Source: Arcobacteraceae bacterium (GTDB taxonomy: Bacteria; Campylobacterota; Campylobacteria; Campylobacterales; Arcobacteraceae). From it: 64,000 nucleotides of DNA. The stretch is from NCBI GenBank assembly GCA_048268245.1, contig JBLWVX010000004.1:64001-128000 (forward strand). Reading direction: 5' to 3'. The position numbers and the translations under genes were made by a program. Within the stretch, counting starts at the first letter, position 1, and every line of letters begins with the position of its first letter. Positions 62,762-64,000 of the stretch are shown here, in pieces. The notes below the pieces were generated by a model. The model did no database searches, had not been told where the DNA came from, and saw only the letters and a list, made by a program, of their open reading frames with translations.

Positions 62762-63613
62762 TCACTTATCATATAAAATTCTAATTGATGTTGAATAAAC
62801 AAATAAAGTTGCTTTTGCATCTTCTAAAGCTCTATGATTATCATTTACTTTAATTCCTAAAAAATCAATTAATGTAGTAAGTTTATGATTTTCAAGATTT
62901 TTAAATGCTTTTCTTGATAAAGGTAAAGTATCAATTAACTTTTTATTTTCAAATTTAATATTTGACTTTTTCATTTTGCTGTTTAAAAATTTAATATCAA
63001 AATCTATGTTATGACCTATTAGAGGATAATCTTCAATAAATTCATTAAAAGCTTTTAGGACATCATCAACTTTATCTGCATTTGCTACCATTGAATTTGT
63101 AATTCCTGTAAGCTCTGTAATCTTATATGGAATATCTTTTTTTATTTTGATAAATGATTGAAAAGTTTTATGCTCAATTGAATTTATATTTTCAACTTTT
63201 ATTGCTCCTATTTCAATTATCTCGTCTCTTATAGAATGTAAACCTGTCGTTTCAATATCAATAATAACAAATGATGAATTAATTACTTTTTTACCTGTTA
63301 AAACTTTATGATTTCCAACAATACTTTTTTTTACTTGTTTATCTGCAGGTTTTATTTTCTTATGAATTTTATGCTCTTTCTTTTGTTCATTTATAATATT
63401 ATCTGAGTATTTAAGTTTATAGGTTCTTAACATTTCTTTTTGTGTAAAGTTTAAATGCTGTTTTTGTTGTTCTTTTTTGTTTTCTTTTGAAATAAAACTA
63501 TCTATTTTTTTATTCTTTTGATTATTACTTATTGTTTCAAGCGATAGTTGTATTTTCTTGATTATAAAAAATAAACCAATAGTTCCGATAAAAGATATGA
63601 TAAGAATATCCAT
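62762..63613 (-). CDS. DEDDh 3'-5' exonuclease (DnaQ-like) with N-terminal membrane anchor
   Basis: IDIETTG, GHNIDFD, IDTL, HRALEDA; hydrophobic first ~18 aa. Confidence 0.88.
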   Translation of the reverse strand: MDILIISFIGTIGLFFIIKKIQLSLETISNNQKNKKIDSFISKENKKEQQKQHLNFTQKEMLRTYKLKYSDNIINEQKKEHKIHKKIKPADKQVKKSIVGNHKVLTGKKVINSSFVIIDIETTGLHSIRDEIIEIGAIKVENINSIEHKTFQSFIKIKKDIPYKITELTGITNSMVANADKVDDVLKAFNEFIEDYPLIGHNIDFDIKFLNSKMKKSNIKFENKKLIDTLPLSRKAFKNLENHKLTTLIDFLGIKVNDNHRALEDAKATLFVYSTSIRILYDK

Positions 63614-63691
63614 AAAAGCCTTACCTAATTATTTAATTAATTATCAAATGGAGTTCCAAACTAGTCAATTTGAAAATCAAAAAATTTATAT

Positions 63692-63988
63692 TTAAAATTT
63701 ACACTTGTAAACTTCAATATTTGTCATCATAACAGTAGTACCACCTATAACTTGTGTATTTGTGCTAAGTATTTTATATGCATTTCCACCTTTTTTAGTA
63801 GTATTTATCTTAGCATATTGAGACATTGTAAATGTACTTGATTCAAAATAAACAGTGTCTATAAACTGACAATTAGTTGTGTCAGAAATTGTTCTTACCA
63901 TACTTTGTTTGGGTGTTAAGTTAGGTTGCATACATCCAATAAAAAACATAGGTGTAATAATAAATTGAAGATATAATAATTTCTTCAT
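63692..63988 (-). CDS. Small lipoprotein
   Basis: Lipobox FIGC; CQFI...GGNAY...VYKC; AAGGGAG RBS. Confidence 0.75.
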   Translation of the reverse strand: MKKLLYLQFIITPMFFIGCMQPNLTPKQSMVRTISDTTNCQFIDTVYFESSTFTMSQYAKINTTKKGGNAYKILSTNTQVIGGTTVMMTNIEVYKCKF

Positions 63989-64000
63989 AAACTCTCCCTT

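Larger units (their letters stand above)
61888..64000. mobile_element. End of a tRNA-integrated element (prophage or genomic island) that continues beyond the window
   Basis: att fragment, arm repeats, ~850 bp AT-rich stretch without a long ORF, accessory-type genes. Confidence 0.6.

Overview
AT-rich chromosomal window from a Campylobacterota genome. Gene order and content point to Arcobacteraceae (inference). Left end (1-7178, minus strand): a TolC + adaptor + DUF4347/VCBS-like adhesin secretion locus that runs off the window. Middle (7.3-38.3 kb): mostly housekeeping genes (metH, ilvE, hisIE, mrp, thiC, ispDF, an HP1021/Cj1608-type regulator, pgpA, carA, purA, hisZ, purM, coaE, dapF, purT). 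It also holds a MarR-YceI-dioxygenase-pirin operon with a visible operator, a 62-aa histone-H1-like protein, and two structured REP/MITE-like elements that overlap the thiC and carA stop codons. Main candidate for an undescribed system: a 16.3-kb, 14-gene minus-strand locus (38309-54599) with a type IV filament core (PilB/GspE ATPase, PilC/GspF platform, lipoprotein secretin). Its three pilin-like genes have no class III prepilin leader and there is no prepilin peptidase in the locus. Four paralogous Sec-exported proteins share a pilin/PilV-like N-domain, and two of them carry RCC1-like repeats and the same C-terminal motif. c-di-GMP genes lie divergently next to the locus. At about 61.9 kb, a tRNA 3'-end fragment with its terminator and arm-type repeats marks the edge of an integrated element. 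All family calls come from motif recognition by eye; no searches were run.
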